Assembly (NCBI RefSeq): GCF_009914755.1
Contig: NC_060928.1
Origin: the human T2T-CHM13v2.0 reference genome, Homo sapiens
Reading direction: 5' to 3' (one strand)
DNA: 64,000 nucleotides
Part shown: one piece after another, positions 15,156 to 32,489 of the stretch
Position numbering within the stretch: position 1 is the first letter of the stretch
Layout of the letters: each line of letters opens with the position of its first letter
Translations under genes and position numbers: made by a program
The notes under the pieces: model-generated
The model's input: the letters and a program-made list of their open reading frames with translations, nothing else
Told to the model about the DNA's origin: nothing
The model's database searches: none

Positions 15156-15249
15156 CTGTGTAACAAAAACACTTAAAGTGTGCAACACATAGTGGATATT
15201 TATTTCTGCAGGTAGTTAGGTATAACAGTTGCTGAAGTAGTATTCTTAC

Positions 15250-15367
15250 CACGTGTATGCTGTATTGTTGGACTGCCATGATAAAACAAATACTATGTCA
15301 TTTGTGCATATCTTTTTTTTTTAACAAAACAAATTTATACAGGGATTTTAGGACCACAAAACAATTG
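15250..15367 (-). pseudogene. Candidate exon (118 nt) ending HSICFIMAVQQYSIHV
   Basis: Donor GTG|gtaaga, 94-nt intron to next exon, acceptor ttcatgacacaccag; ICFIMAVQQY resembles RGS helix 4 (L.FW.AV..Y). Confidence 0.55.
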
Positions 15368-15999
15368 CTGGTGTGTCATGAAGAAAATATATTGTGGAAA
15401 TAATATGTTCCATCTGTGGTTTTCTTTTTTAAATGTACCACCTTAATACAGAACTGCATCTCTAAATCAAATAACCTTAAGCAATAAATAGAGACTTGCT
15501 TTCAAGTATTGGCAAATAAATGCCTTTTTTTTTTTTACAAGAACAATTTTTTCCTAGTTGTTCATGTGAATTTAGGATAAAAACATGCAGCAACAATAAA
15601 TCCCTTGTGGTATTAATTCTTAAGGTTTATCACAAATAGTATTAGAGATAACAAAATATAGTCAACACAAGCTTCCAGTTTTTCCTGTTTATGGCTTAAT
15701 AATAATTTGGACATAAAGATGCCTACTTTATCAGCATGTTATTGGCCCATATTTTATATTTGGGGAATGATAAGAATTTTTTCATAAATAATAGAAGATA
15801 ATATTTTTATGTTATCATGTCTGTCATGTACTTTACTATATTATTGCTGAAGACAAAACACTTTCTTGAAGAAGTTTTATTTAATCTATACAGGATATTA
15901 TATTTCAGTCTTCTTAGGTTTTCCAAAGTAAAATGAAACAATTTTTACATTTCTACAAGGATATATGAGCTTTTAACTTCGTAAAAGAGAAGGGTATAC

Positions 16000-16064
16000 T
16001 ACACATGATGTTCATCTGTTCAGCAGCAAAAAGGTCAAGAAGCTAAACAAATATGCCCTCAAGT
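16000..16064 (-). pseudogene. Candidate exon: LEGIFV*LLDLFAAEQMNIMC (donor position uncertain)
   Basis: Strong acceptor tatttttcactttcag; DLFAAEQ..I resembles RGS DLFDEAQ.EI. Confidence 0.55.
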
Positions 16065-16636
16065 CTGAAAGTGAAAAATAGATCTTGTAAGCAAGAGAGA
16101 CACTAAGGTATTACATTAGAGATAGGTAGCATTTTGGAACCTTAGCTGCAACACACCATTTGTAAAATGTATTTCCCATACGTCCTGATGGTAATTGTTA
16201 TGCATTTTAGTTACACAGATAGTGTTTTGATATGTACAGAAAAAAATGTTTATCATTTAAAAGATACCTTATTCCATAATATATATAAAGAAAGTTGTTA
16301 TTATAGTCATTACCAGGTACAAATCAGCAAAAAACACTTATGTCAATAGAGTTTCAAGAAGTACTTTAATATGAAATGTTTTAACATTATTCTGATTTTT
16401 AAAAATTGATACATTTGTTGAGTGGTATTTAAATTTTGTGATATTATTTAATTGTAGAGGCAATGAGTTATAGAGATGTCGAAAACAAACTCTTTAAGAA
16501 TTGTGAATATACAACTATGATTTCTTAAAGTTTGAGACTTTATAAAAGCAGTGGTTCCAAAAAAAGTGCATAAATACACATTTACACGTATGTTTACACA
16601 TAACTTGGTGGGAATCACAGATGAGTTGTAATTTAC

Positions 16637-16687
16637 CCATGACATCAATAAATACATTGTATCTTATCCATGACACCAATTTGGAAC
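16637..16687 (-). pseudogene. Candidate exon (51 nt): FQIGVMDKIQCIY*CHG
   Basis: Acceptor gtttctattctag, donor TGG|gtaaat; phase-compatible with both neighbours. Confidence 0.55.
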
Positions 16688-17464
16688 CTAGAATAGAAAC
16701 TTCTATAAAAGTATAGAAGATTTGTTTTACTTCCTTATATACAAGTAGAGTATTGATCCTAATTTTGATTTATTAAAGAGGATAACTTTGTGGTTTAAGA
16801 TTATATTTTGATGGTGAATAATCATCAATATTAATAAAATAAATGAAAATATGAATCTTGACTTTAAAATTTCTGTACTTCTCATAAAACTTCTGAGTAT
16901 GTATGAAAAAATGTTTGGTTTTTCATGATAAAAGTTTTGTGAATATCAAGTTTGAAATATATTACAGACATTTGCTACTTTGTCTCCTCACCTTGGTTCT
17001 GTGAAAGAATCATCTGGAAAATAACTTGGAAAGTTTACCTTCCTAGTATAAGGAGGGGAATAGTGAAATACGACAATTAGAAAACTTGTGTTTTATTGCT
17101 ATTCTGGGCACTAACTATTATTATTATTGTTACGTTTTTGTCTGATAACAACCTACATTTTTTCCAGATCTCCATCTATGCATTCACAAGGCACACATGT
17201 CTTTCAAGATTATCCTAAATATAACTTTTATCTGAACTCCCTCTCTTTTATATTTCACTTTCATTCTTCAAGAGACCAATTTCCTGCATGAACTTGTCCT
17301 AGATGAAGCTCATTTTCATAAATGTTATTTTCTTTTGTAATTAGACTGTATACGGGCATCTAATCACTAGCAAAACTGCAGCACTTGAAAACCAAGATTA
17401 TACTGTAGCATTTGACTAGCTTTAGAAAATATAGTAGATTTTTATTGGATAATGAATAACTTAC

Positions 17465-17580
17465 TGGTTGAGAGAGAAAATTGTCTGTATGTTAACAAAA
17501 AAGAAGTATAAAACGAAGAAACGTTTCACTAAGTCACTCAATATACCAGAGACAATAAATAAAGTGAAACGACTCAAATT
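17465..17580 (-). pseudogene. Candidate exon (116 nt)
   Basis: Acceptor atttccttttatag, donor CCA|gtaagt; reading frame ambiguous. Confidence 0.6.
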
Positions 17581-18163
17581 CTATAAAAGGAAATTCCTCT
17601 TCCCTCACAAAAAATGACTACTATTTTTTCAAACATTCATTAGAAGTGGATAGTACGTTCTACTTGTAAGTACAGAATTATTTTAAAAATTATAATTAGC
17701 AAGTCTGCTAGTCATTCATAGCATACTGCATTTGAACAGTGTTTGAAAAGCAGAAATGGTTTGGTCCAAAATATATTGTAGTTAATATACATGTGAATTA
17801 CATTAGTTTTATTAAAACAACAATGAATTAACATTTGCAAATCGATCTTTGGTTTATTTTAGCATCCAAATATGTGTTGTATTTTCTATCCACTTTGCAT
17901 TAAACAATTGTACATATTTAATAATGTATAAAGAGATAAAATGTAAACATATTTTCCCCAATGTTAAACAGTCATGCATTAGATTGTGCATGGACATTTT
18001 TACTCAATAGTCTATTGGGTAAAATGCTTGGTAATTATTTCCTTAGCTATATGCAGACTTTATAAAAGTGTAAATTTCCCTCTTATACTATGTTTTTAAC
18101 ACTTTAAAAGAAACATATATCTATGTTCTTCAAATATTATTTCTCTAATCTTTGGAAATATAA

Positions 18164-20050
18164 TTTTTTTACTTTTATTTCTGGTTTGGAGTGTAAGTGC
18201 AGGTTTGTTACATAGGTAAACTTGTGTCATGGGGGACTGTTGTACAGATTATTTCATCACCCCGGTATTAAGCCTAGTAATCATTAGTTACTTTTCCTGA
18301 TCCTCTCCCTTCTCCCACCCACCGCATTCTGATAGGCCCTAGTGTATGTTGTTCCCCTGTATGTGTTTGTGTGTTCTTATCATTTAGTTCCCACTTGTAA
18401 GTGTGAACATGCAGTATTTGATTTTCTGTTCCTATATTAGTTTGCTAAGGATAATTGCCTCCAGCTTATCCATGTTCTTGCAAAAGACACGGTCTCATTC
18501 TTTTTTTATGGCTGCATAGTATTCTATGGTATATCTGAACTACATTTTTTTAAATCCAGTCTATCATTGATGGGTGTTTGTGTTGATTCTATGTCTTTGC
18601 TATTATAAGTAGTGCTGCTATGAATATGTGTACATGAGTCTTTAAAATAGAATGATTTATATTCCTTTGCATATGTATTAGTCTATCTTCATGTTGCTAT
18701 AAAGAACTTCCCCAGACTGGGTAATATAAAGGAAACAGATTCAATTGACTCACAGTCCAGCATGGCTGAAGAGTCCCCATGAAACTTACAATCATGGCCG
18801 AAGTTGAAGGGGAAGCAAGGCACCTCTTCGCAAGGTGGCAGGAAGGAGTAGTGCTGAGCGAAGGGGGAAGAGTCCCTTATTAAACCATCAGATCTCATGA
18901 GAACTTACTCAGAATAATGAGAACAGCAAGGGGGAAACCGCCCCCATTATTCAGTTATCTTCACTTGGTCTCTCCCTTGACACATGGGGATTATGTCCTA
19001 TTAGCCTTATTCTAATGCCTAACGGCATAGATTAGTTCTACCATTTTTGTTGTTTCAAAACATCTAGATGTCTATGCTGTTAGACATTAGAATAGGGCTT
19101 ACTTGGGGCAAGTATAATGACTGGAAGGCACAAAGAGCCTCAAGGATGGTCAAATGTTCTGGTTTTTCATCTGGGTGCTGGCTATGCTAGTGTACTTATT
19201 TTGTGAAAATACTATTAGCTTTACAATATGAATTTTAAAATTGTACTTTGGGGATTATGGGAATTGCAATTCAAGATGAGGTTTTGGGTGAGAACACAAA
19301 GCCTAACCATATCAGGGTAGTACCCAGAAATGGGATTGCTGGGCCAAATGTTATTTCTGCTTTTAGATTTTTGAGGGATCAACCCACTACTCTTTTCCAT
19401 AACAGTGGAACTAATTTACACTCCCACCTACAATGTATAAGTGTTCCTTTACTGCATAGCGTGGCCAGCATCTGTTATTTCTGACTTTTTAATAGTAGCC
19501 ATTCTGTCTGGTGTGAGATGGTATCTCATTCTGGTTTTGATTTGCATTTCTCTAATGATCAGTGATGTTCAGCGTTTTTTCATATGATTGTTGGCCACAT
19601 GTATGTCTTCTTATGAAACGTATCTGTTTATGTCCTTTGCCCAATTTTTAATGGGGTTATTTGTTTTTATTTTTGGTAACTTTGTTTAAGTTTCTTATAG
19701 ATGCTGGATATTAGACCTTTATCAGATGCATACTTTGCAAATATTTTCTCCCATTCTATAACTTATTTGCTCACTCTCTTAATAGTTTTCTTTGCGATGC
19801 GTAAACTCTTTAGTGTAATTAGATCCCATTTGTCAATTTTAGCTTTTGTTGCAACTGCTTTTGGTGTCTTTGTCGTGAAATTTTTCCTGTGCCTATGTCC
19901 TAAATGGTATTGCCTAAGCTGTCTTTAAGAGTGTTTATAGTGTTGTGTTTTACATTTAAGACTTTAATACATAATGAGTTAATTTTTATACATGGTATAA
20001 GGAAGGGTTCCAGTTTCAATATTCTGCATATGGCTAGCCAGTTATCCCAA
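18164..20050 (-). mobile_element. Older L1PA (PA10-16-like) 3' fragment interrupted by THE1D
   Basis: gtgcaggtttgttacataggtaaacttgtgtcatgggg; L1 sequence continues across the LTR. Confidence 0.88.
18674..19314 (-). mobile_element. THE1D-like MaLR solo LTR carrying a ~254-bp foreign insert (18996-19249)
   Basis: Termini tgtattagtc...aaccatatca; cccttgacacatggggattatg. Confidence 0.88.
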
Positions 20051-20110
20051 TTTATTATTTTGAAGCTAGAAAACGATCATTGTCTCTGTAATTTTAGAGA
20101 AACCGACACT

Positions 20111-26239
<6,129 letters not shown>

Positions 26240-26359
26240 AGAAACTGACACTTAACTTTTAGGCTCATTTAATGTAAAAATGAACTGCTCTGAACTGGTT
26301 GTCAATTCAAATATGGTTTTAATATGAAATTACAAAAACATAAGAATATTTCTAAGAAG

Positions 26360-26805
26360 AAACTCACTATGTAATAGTCCAAAATCTAAAAACAACTCAA
26401 GTATACATCAGCAGGAGGATAAATATATAAATTATATAATAACCACTTAGTGAAATACTGCAAATCAATGAAAATGAATCACCACTATACAAAAGATGGA
26501 TGAATCTCACAAACGTCATGCTGAATGAAAGAAGCCAGAAACAAAGTGATGCTTATTTTTTGATTTCATTCAAAACATCAGAAATGGCAGAACTAATCTA
26601 TGCTGTTAGACGTTAGAATAGGGCTTACTTGGGGGAAGAATAATGGACTGGAAGGAGACACAACGGAGGCTCTAGGACGCTGAAATATTCTGCTGTTTGT
26701 TCTGTGCACTTGCTATGCTGTTGTAATTATTTTGTGAAAATACCATTAAACTTTACATATGAATTTTGTTCTTTTTTGCATGTGCATTATACCTCAATAA
26801 AAAAG
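26360..26805 (+). mobile_element. Ancient L1ME-type 3' end
   Basis: atggatgaatctcacaaac..atgctgaatgaaagaagccaga; ends cctcaataaaaa. Confidence 0.8.
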
Positions 26806-27416
26806 TTGTTTTAAAACTGGAATATATCACCATTTTCTACCATGCATCATTTAAACATAATTTTCATGAAATGCAATAGTGTTATATAATCACTATGTAG
26901 TAATCTTAATGCATATTGGTTTAAATTTGCATATTTTAAGTTTTGAAAGGATAACTGTCAGGAAATTGAAGTATATACTATCAGTGATGTTTGTAAGTTT
27001 TTTATCATTTTTGTTAGTGAAGAACTAACATGTTTATGCTGATAATTGAATATACTGTTTTATATTACAATGTGAAATCTACTTTCAGAAAACTTGATAT
27101 GGAATGAATGTTTCCTTTAAAGCTTTTCAGAATTAAAATATTGCTTTATTGTTGTAATCTTTTAAAAAGATGCAAAACAATTAACATCAGATTTTTCATA
27201 AAGATACAAATTCAAGTAAATAGTACTAATACCATATTTAATTAGAAATCAATAAAAAAATCACTTTATTCTTTATAAATACTTTAGAATACTTATTTCT
27301 ATTCTGCCATTTTCTTTGTTTTATTTTCTGTTATAAAAGCCAACCAAAAATGACAAAAATATACCAGGAAAGATAAACTGCGACGTAACTGGGGAGTAGA
27401 TACATTATACACATAC

Positions 27417-28229
27417 TACTTTGGCAATATAAAAGGAGGAAATAATCTGTTATTACAGATAGCTCCATGAATATTCACCAGTGAAGCACATAATGATCAT
27501 TTCCACAGTAGCAATACAGAGACTGCGACATTGAAATTATTCAGTCCTCCTGTAAACTAGTTCAACCATTGTGGAAGTCAGTGAGGCAATTCCTCAGGGA
27601 TCTAGAACTAGAAATACCATTTGACCCAGCAATCTGATTACTGGGTATATACCCAAAGGATTATAAATCATGCTGCTATAAAGACACATGCACACGTATG
27701 TTTATTGCGGCACTATTCACAATAGCAAAGACTTGGAACCAACCCATATGTCCAACAATGATAGACTGGATTAAGAAAATGTGGCACATATACACCATGG
27801 AATACTATGCAGCCATAAAAAAGGATAAGTTCGTGTCCTTTGTAGGGACATGGATGAAGCTGGAAACCATCATTCTCAGCAAACTATCACAAGGACAAAA
27901 AACCAAACACCACATGTTCTCACTCACAGGTGGGAATTGAACAATGAGAACACATGGACACAGGAAGGGGAACATCACACTCTGGGGACTGTTGTGTGTT
28001 GGGAGGAGTGGGGAGGGATAGCATTAGGAGAAATAGCTAATGTTAAATGACGAGTTAATGGGTTCAGCACACCAGCATGGCACATGTATACATATGTAAC
28101 TAACCTGCACATTGTGCACATGTACCCTAAAACTTAAAGTATAATTAAAAAAAAAAAAGAAATTATTCGGTCCTCTAAAGTGAGGGTCTGCTGATTTTTC
28201 CATGGATGTGTAAGAAATCGTCACCATTT
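27417..28229 (-). pseudogene. Candidate exon (187 nt after removing the inserted L1 and one TSD): KW*RFLTHPWKNQQTLTLEDRIISMSQSLYCYCGNDHYVLHW*IFMELSVITDYFLLLYCQS
   Basis: Acceptor acttaatttcag, donor GTA|gtatgt; reads continuously across the TSD gaaattattc(a/g)gtcctc; frame not certain. Confidence 0.55.
27550..28158 (+). mobile_element. 5'-truncated L1PA3/4-like (~610 bp) inserted in a pseudo-exon
   Basis: ORF2 C-terminus, 3' UTR and poly-A; 17-bp TSD at 27533-27549 and 28159-28175. Confidence 0.96.
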
Positions 28230-28321
28230 CTGAAATTAAGTTTTGTTTGTTAAGAAGAAACAGCCTAACTTTTTAGATAGTTTTAAAAATTATCTTCCAA
28301 AACACTGCTGCATGGACAAAC

Positions 28322-28411
28322 CATAGAGCACTAAATCTTGTAGATAGATCGGTCCATGCCATGCTGTTGCATGAGGTTATATTTTTCTAGTTACATTCAC
28401 TGCATCATAGC
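28322..28411 (-). pseudogene. Candidate exon (90 nt)
   Basis: Strong acceptor tgtgtttttgttctccag|G, donor ATG|gtttgt; flanking introns of 91 and 92 nt. Confidence 0.6.
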
Positions 28412-28502
28412 CTGGAGAACAAAAACACAGCATGACAACATATGCCATGTCTCTAAACCATGCATCTTTAAGAGTCTGATATTCAGCCTTTCATTCATTT
28501 AC

Positions 28503-28633
28503 CTTCCTTGTTAGCCTTTCATTTAACACTGATTAAAATACTTCAAATGATTAATTATTGCACATTTTTGCCTGATTTATCACAGCTCAGCAATAAGATC
28601 CTTTGTTGTAGCTTCATCATATTAATGTGGAAG
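28503..28633 (-). pseudogene. Candidate exon (131 nt): LPH*YDEATTKDLIAEL...(fs)SVLNERLTRK
   Basis: Acceptor tctcacattaacag, donor AAG|gtaaat; YDEA resembles RGS FDEAQ. Confidence 0.6.
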
Positions 28634-28704
28634 CTGTTAATGTGAGATAATATTACAAACTCTTCTGTTTCTGACCTGCTTTTCTTAGTTCCTATCTTCT
28701 TTAC

Positions 28705-28790
28705 CTGAGATCCATCACTTAAAACAGCCTTTCCCCAAAGGTAAGCAGCCCTCTTTAAGAGTCTTGCCACATTTTAACATATGAATTAAT
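28705..28790 (-). pseudogene. Candidate exon (86 nt): INSYVK(fs)VARLLKRAAYLWGKAVLSDGSQ
   Basis: Acceptor ttattctggacccttgcttag, donor CAG|gtaaag; 71-nt intron to next exon. Confidence 0.6.
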
Positions 28791-29465
28791 CTAAGCAAGG
28801 GTCCAGAATAAAATAACACGTGGTGTCTTTGCTCAACTAGGTTAGTTTTCCACACCTTCCTGTAACATTATCAGCAGAAGTCATTCACACATAAAGCAAC
28901 GACCTCAAAATTAAAAAGTTACTTTGGATAAAATTCATTTTATTGTGTAATCTGGGTATTCCTTCTCTGTCTCTCCTTTCACCCCCACCATGGGACTTTA
29001 AAAAAGTAAGTTGTAATGCTGAGATTTCTGTGTCAAGGTTAAAGAGTGAAGAGAATCATTTCAGAGATTAGAGGTGTCACTCATGTCAAGAAACATTATA
29101 AGAGATCTCTGGAGGCATGTACCAACATATTAAATTACTACATGGAAAAATAAATTGAAAAAGAAAAGCCCTGAAGTAATGAAAGCTGACTACATTTTCA
29201 AAGCAACTACTATTTTAAGAAGAGTATATTTCCTTTATCCACAAACAAATACAAGGCAAAAACTGGGTGTGTAACAATATATGATCTTCTTTATGATATT
29301 TACATGTTGGTTGTGTCACCCAAACTAGATCAAATGATTTTTAAAATAACATTTATATTGGTAAACTCTTTCAAAATAAATGTAGAAATTTTCTGTGGCT
29401 GGCTTCTAGGTGTGGAATTAGGGAAGCAACATGTATTAACTTGAAATTCCTACCCAGGCATTCAC

Positions 29466-29615
29466 TTGAAAGGTACCCAAAGTTATATTTGATAGTAACA
29501 TAGTTTTAAAAGCTTCTGCTTTCTGTTTTAACTGATTTGCTTCTACACCACTCCATGGACATCATTAAGCCTTTTTATTTAGAATTATGACATTGCTTTT
29601 ATTTCATTAATTTCA
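29466..29615 (-). pseudogene. Candidate exon (150 nt): EINEIKAMS...(fs)GVEANQLKQKAEAFKTMLLSNITLGTFQ
   Basis: Acceptor ccctttgaacctgtgctag, donor CAA|gtgaat; KA..F...LLS...Q|IN fits RGS helix 5 and the following loop. Confidence 0.6.
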
Positions 29616-29714
29616 CTAGCACAGGTTCAAAGGGACAAGAGTTAGTTTTAGATGTAATATATAATGTAATTAAAAAGTTCCCATCATTTGTGTGTTTTTG
29701 TAGTCACTACTTAC

Positions 29715-29749
29715 TAATGTAAGTAGTCTGCACATTCCAATTCTGTTTA
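29715..29749 (-). pseudogene. Candidate exon (35 nt): *TELECADYLH
   Basis: Acceptor ctttaattctgtag, donor TTA|gtaagt; 99-nt intron; phase 2 joins the next exon (YLHY|EINEIK). Confidence 0.55.
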
Positions 29750-29967
29750 CTACAGAATTAAAGTTGCAACATCAACAGTTGTCTGAGACTGTATGTTTTA
29801 TCTTGAACAAGGAAAATAAGGTTTTAATAGTTCTGATTGTTATTAAAAGCCTTTATGAAGTAACATTTATAAAACACTTCTAATGGTGGAGATTAATTTT
29901 GCCCCTCAGGTATTTTGGTCCAAGTAAATAAGAAGCGACTGATGGTCCCACTAAACAAAATAACTAC

Positions 29968-30054
29968 AAGGAAAATGCAGGAATTTCTTTTCTTCTTGTT
30001 AATGAATATTTTGAAGATGGTTAATTTACGGTTATGTAGACATTCTGCAATCAG
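29968..30054 (-). pseudogene. Possible exon (87 nt): LIAECLHNRKLTIFKIFINKKKRNSCIFL
   Basis: Acceptor acttaacatcttag; weak donor CTT|gtagtt; open frame. Confidence 0.4.
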
Positions 30055-30422
30055 CTAAGATGTTAAGTCACATGTTTTATATCTATGAAAGCTACTATTT
30101 TGTAGTGGTGACAATTTGTTGTGTGAATCAGTATGTACAATGAAGAGTGACCCATTACATACAATAGAAAGTGGTGGTAGTTCACCATAGAAATTATCTG
30201 TTGCTATAATAAATTTCACATATTCTTTGATTTTTAATGATTTCTAAACAAGGCATATAAATATGCTATATACATCATATTACCAAAGACATCCTTTCAA
30301 GTATAACTGCTGAAAAAGAGTCTATTGAATGAGTTAGTAAATAAATGATTATTTATTTGCAAGCCTTTTGGTAAAATAGCGTTATTTACACAATGAATTT
30401 CATTGTTTTGGCATTGTAACTG

Positions 30423-30739
30423 TGTCTTATTCTGTTTTGTGCTGCTAAAAGAGAACATCTGAGACTGGGTAATTTATAGAGAACAGTTCTGGAAGCTGAG
30501 AAGTCCGAGATTGAGAGACCACACCTGGTGAGGGTGTTCTTGCAGCATCATATCATGGCAGAAGGCATAACATGAGTTAAGGAGCAATAACTAACTCATT
30601 CCCATGATAATGGCATTAATCCATTCATAAGGGCAGAGTCCTCATAACCTAATCACTTCTTAAAAGTTCCACTCTCAACTGTTGCACTGGGGACTAAGTT
30701 CAACACATGAACTTTAGGAGACACATTTAAAACATGGAA
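30423..30739 (-). mobile_element. MLT1A-like MaLR LTR
   Basis: tgtctta..ctgttttgtgctgcta...gagactgggtaatttata...gataatggcattaatccattcat. Confidence 0.85.
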
Positions 30740-30789
30740 GATTATATCCCAACCAGCTCTCCTTTAAAACCCCCAAATCTGATACTTAC

Positions 30790-30943
30790 CTGATTGATAA
30801 GAGTATTTAAAATAATAAAATGAGACAACATCTTTAAAACATCTTTCTAGTATTATGAACTTGGAGATAAACCAATATAGTCCAAGTTGATTATAGCTCA
30901 TATTCCAGTATCAACATGTTCCCAGCACTAAAGCAATTATTTT
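30790..30943 (-). pseudogene. Candidate exon (154 nt)
   Basis: Acceptor cttctctttaactgtag, consensus donor CAG|gtaagt; all frames contain stops. Confidence 0.6.
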
Positions 30944-31019
30944 CTACAGTTAAAGAGAAGTTTTATTTCATAAGAGAAATCCAAAGAGTAATACCCCTAT
31001 CTTAGTTGTTGAGGGATCC

Positions 31020-31887
31020 TGTAAAGAACTGTGAATCTGATGTTTTATCTTACTTGCTATAATAGCTTACAGGTTAGCCTGCCAGTTCTATGGATGCTGG
31101 CAGAACTTCTTGGGACAAAGAGAAAATATTTTATTTTTCACAGGAATCATAGCCAGTGTGTCAGCATTTTCTTGTGTTTGTGCCCAAGTTCCAATTCCCA
31201 CAGGGTAGCACAAAGAGAGCTAGATGCTACCTGTACACAGTTGGGTTGCAATAACAAAAAAAGAGAAACCTGATCCTAGGTACAAAAAATCATTTATAAT
31301 GGGTAGTAAGCATGTCTGGACTTAGTTTACTGGACAGTAACCATGCCTGACCTTTGCTCTAGTGAGAATCACTATCTATATCTTCAGTGTTTTTTGCTAT
31401 ACAGATTTGAGATCCTTTATCCAAAAGACAGAGCCATCAAGAGTTGTCTGAGAGTGTGCATTTAATTTTGAACACGGAAAATAAGGTTTTAATGTTGCAG
31501 ATTCTTATGGAGATATTTACAAGCCTTTTTGTGAAGTAATATTTATACAACACTTCTCAATGATGAGGATTAATTGAAAAATCTGAACGATTTCAGATTT
31601 TTGCATTTTTTTGGATGTTAGAATGTTTGCATTATACTTACCAGTTGAGGATCTCAAATCTGAAAATCCAAAATCCAAAATGCTTCAGTGCTAATATTCT
31701 TTGGATGCCATGTTGGTGCTCAAAATGTTTCCAATTTTACAGCATTTCAGATTTGGGTTTTTGGATTCAGGTTGCTCAACCTGTATAAGCATCTTTGAAA
31801 ACTTAATCCAGACCAAAAGGGCTACCAGTGCTTTGTTTCCAAGACTAAGGAAACTTGAGAAACCAACAGAGAATTGTCTCTCAACAG
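31020..31887 (-). mobile_element. ERV solo LTR (family uncertain) interrupted by Tigger4a
   Basis: ttagcctgccagtt..atggatgctggcagaa; ends gagaattgtctctcaaca. Confidence 0.6.
31402..31783. mobile_element. Tigger4a (Zombi/MER46) MITE with ~160-bp insert
   Basis: TA-flanked cag.ttgag...ctcaacctg termini; tgcattatacttaccagttgag. Confidence 0.85.
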
Positions 31888-32324
31888 AACCAGATACAGG
31901 TGCAATAGAAAAACCACCAGTCTATTTTATTATCCTTATAAATTCCCACTAACTACAGCTGTTTAGACCAATTGCTTCAGCAACAGGAACTGAAAATGGA
32001 AACTTATTTACAGAGTAAAAAGTAGAGGGCTGGAATTGTGTGCATCCAGTAATATAATTTTCATATAATTTTTATTTAGAAAGATTTAAGTCATTTCATG
32101 ATATTTAGAAGTAGATATGTAGAGAATGTAGTCAACTCAGCAATAATCTCATAGAAATACAAAATACACTAATAGAGTTTCCCATGCATATTTAGGTTCT
32201 CATACATGGAGAATTAAATACAAAGTAATAAAAAATGACTATAAAGTATACAGTGAATATGCTGTGCCAATGTAGTTCTGCAGCATAATATATCCATAAA
32301 TTTTCTTGCCTTTATTGAACTTAC

Positions 32325-32489
32325 ATAATTTCTCCTAACATTTACTTGAGATGCATTCTTGTGATTTATTTAAAGAAATGATATTTGTGGCCAAAAATTG
32401 GAAAGTGATATTTCGCTTTAGTACATAGGTAATTAACCACTGAACTAAAGGTCTGATCATTTATCCACTTTCACATTAAAGTGCAAACA
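32325..32489 (-). pseudogene. Candidate exon (165 nt)
   Basis: Acceptor cctatgttttgttcag, donor TAT|gtaagt; long open stretches in two frames. Confidence 0.5.
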
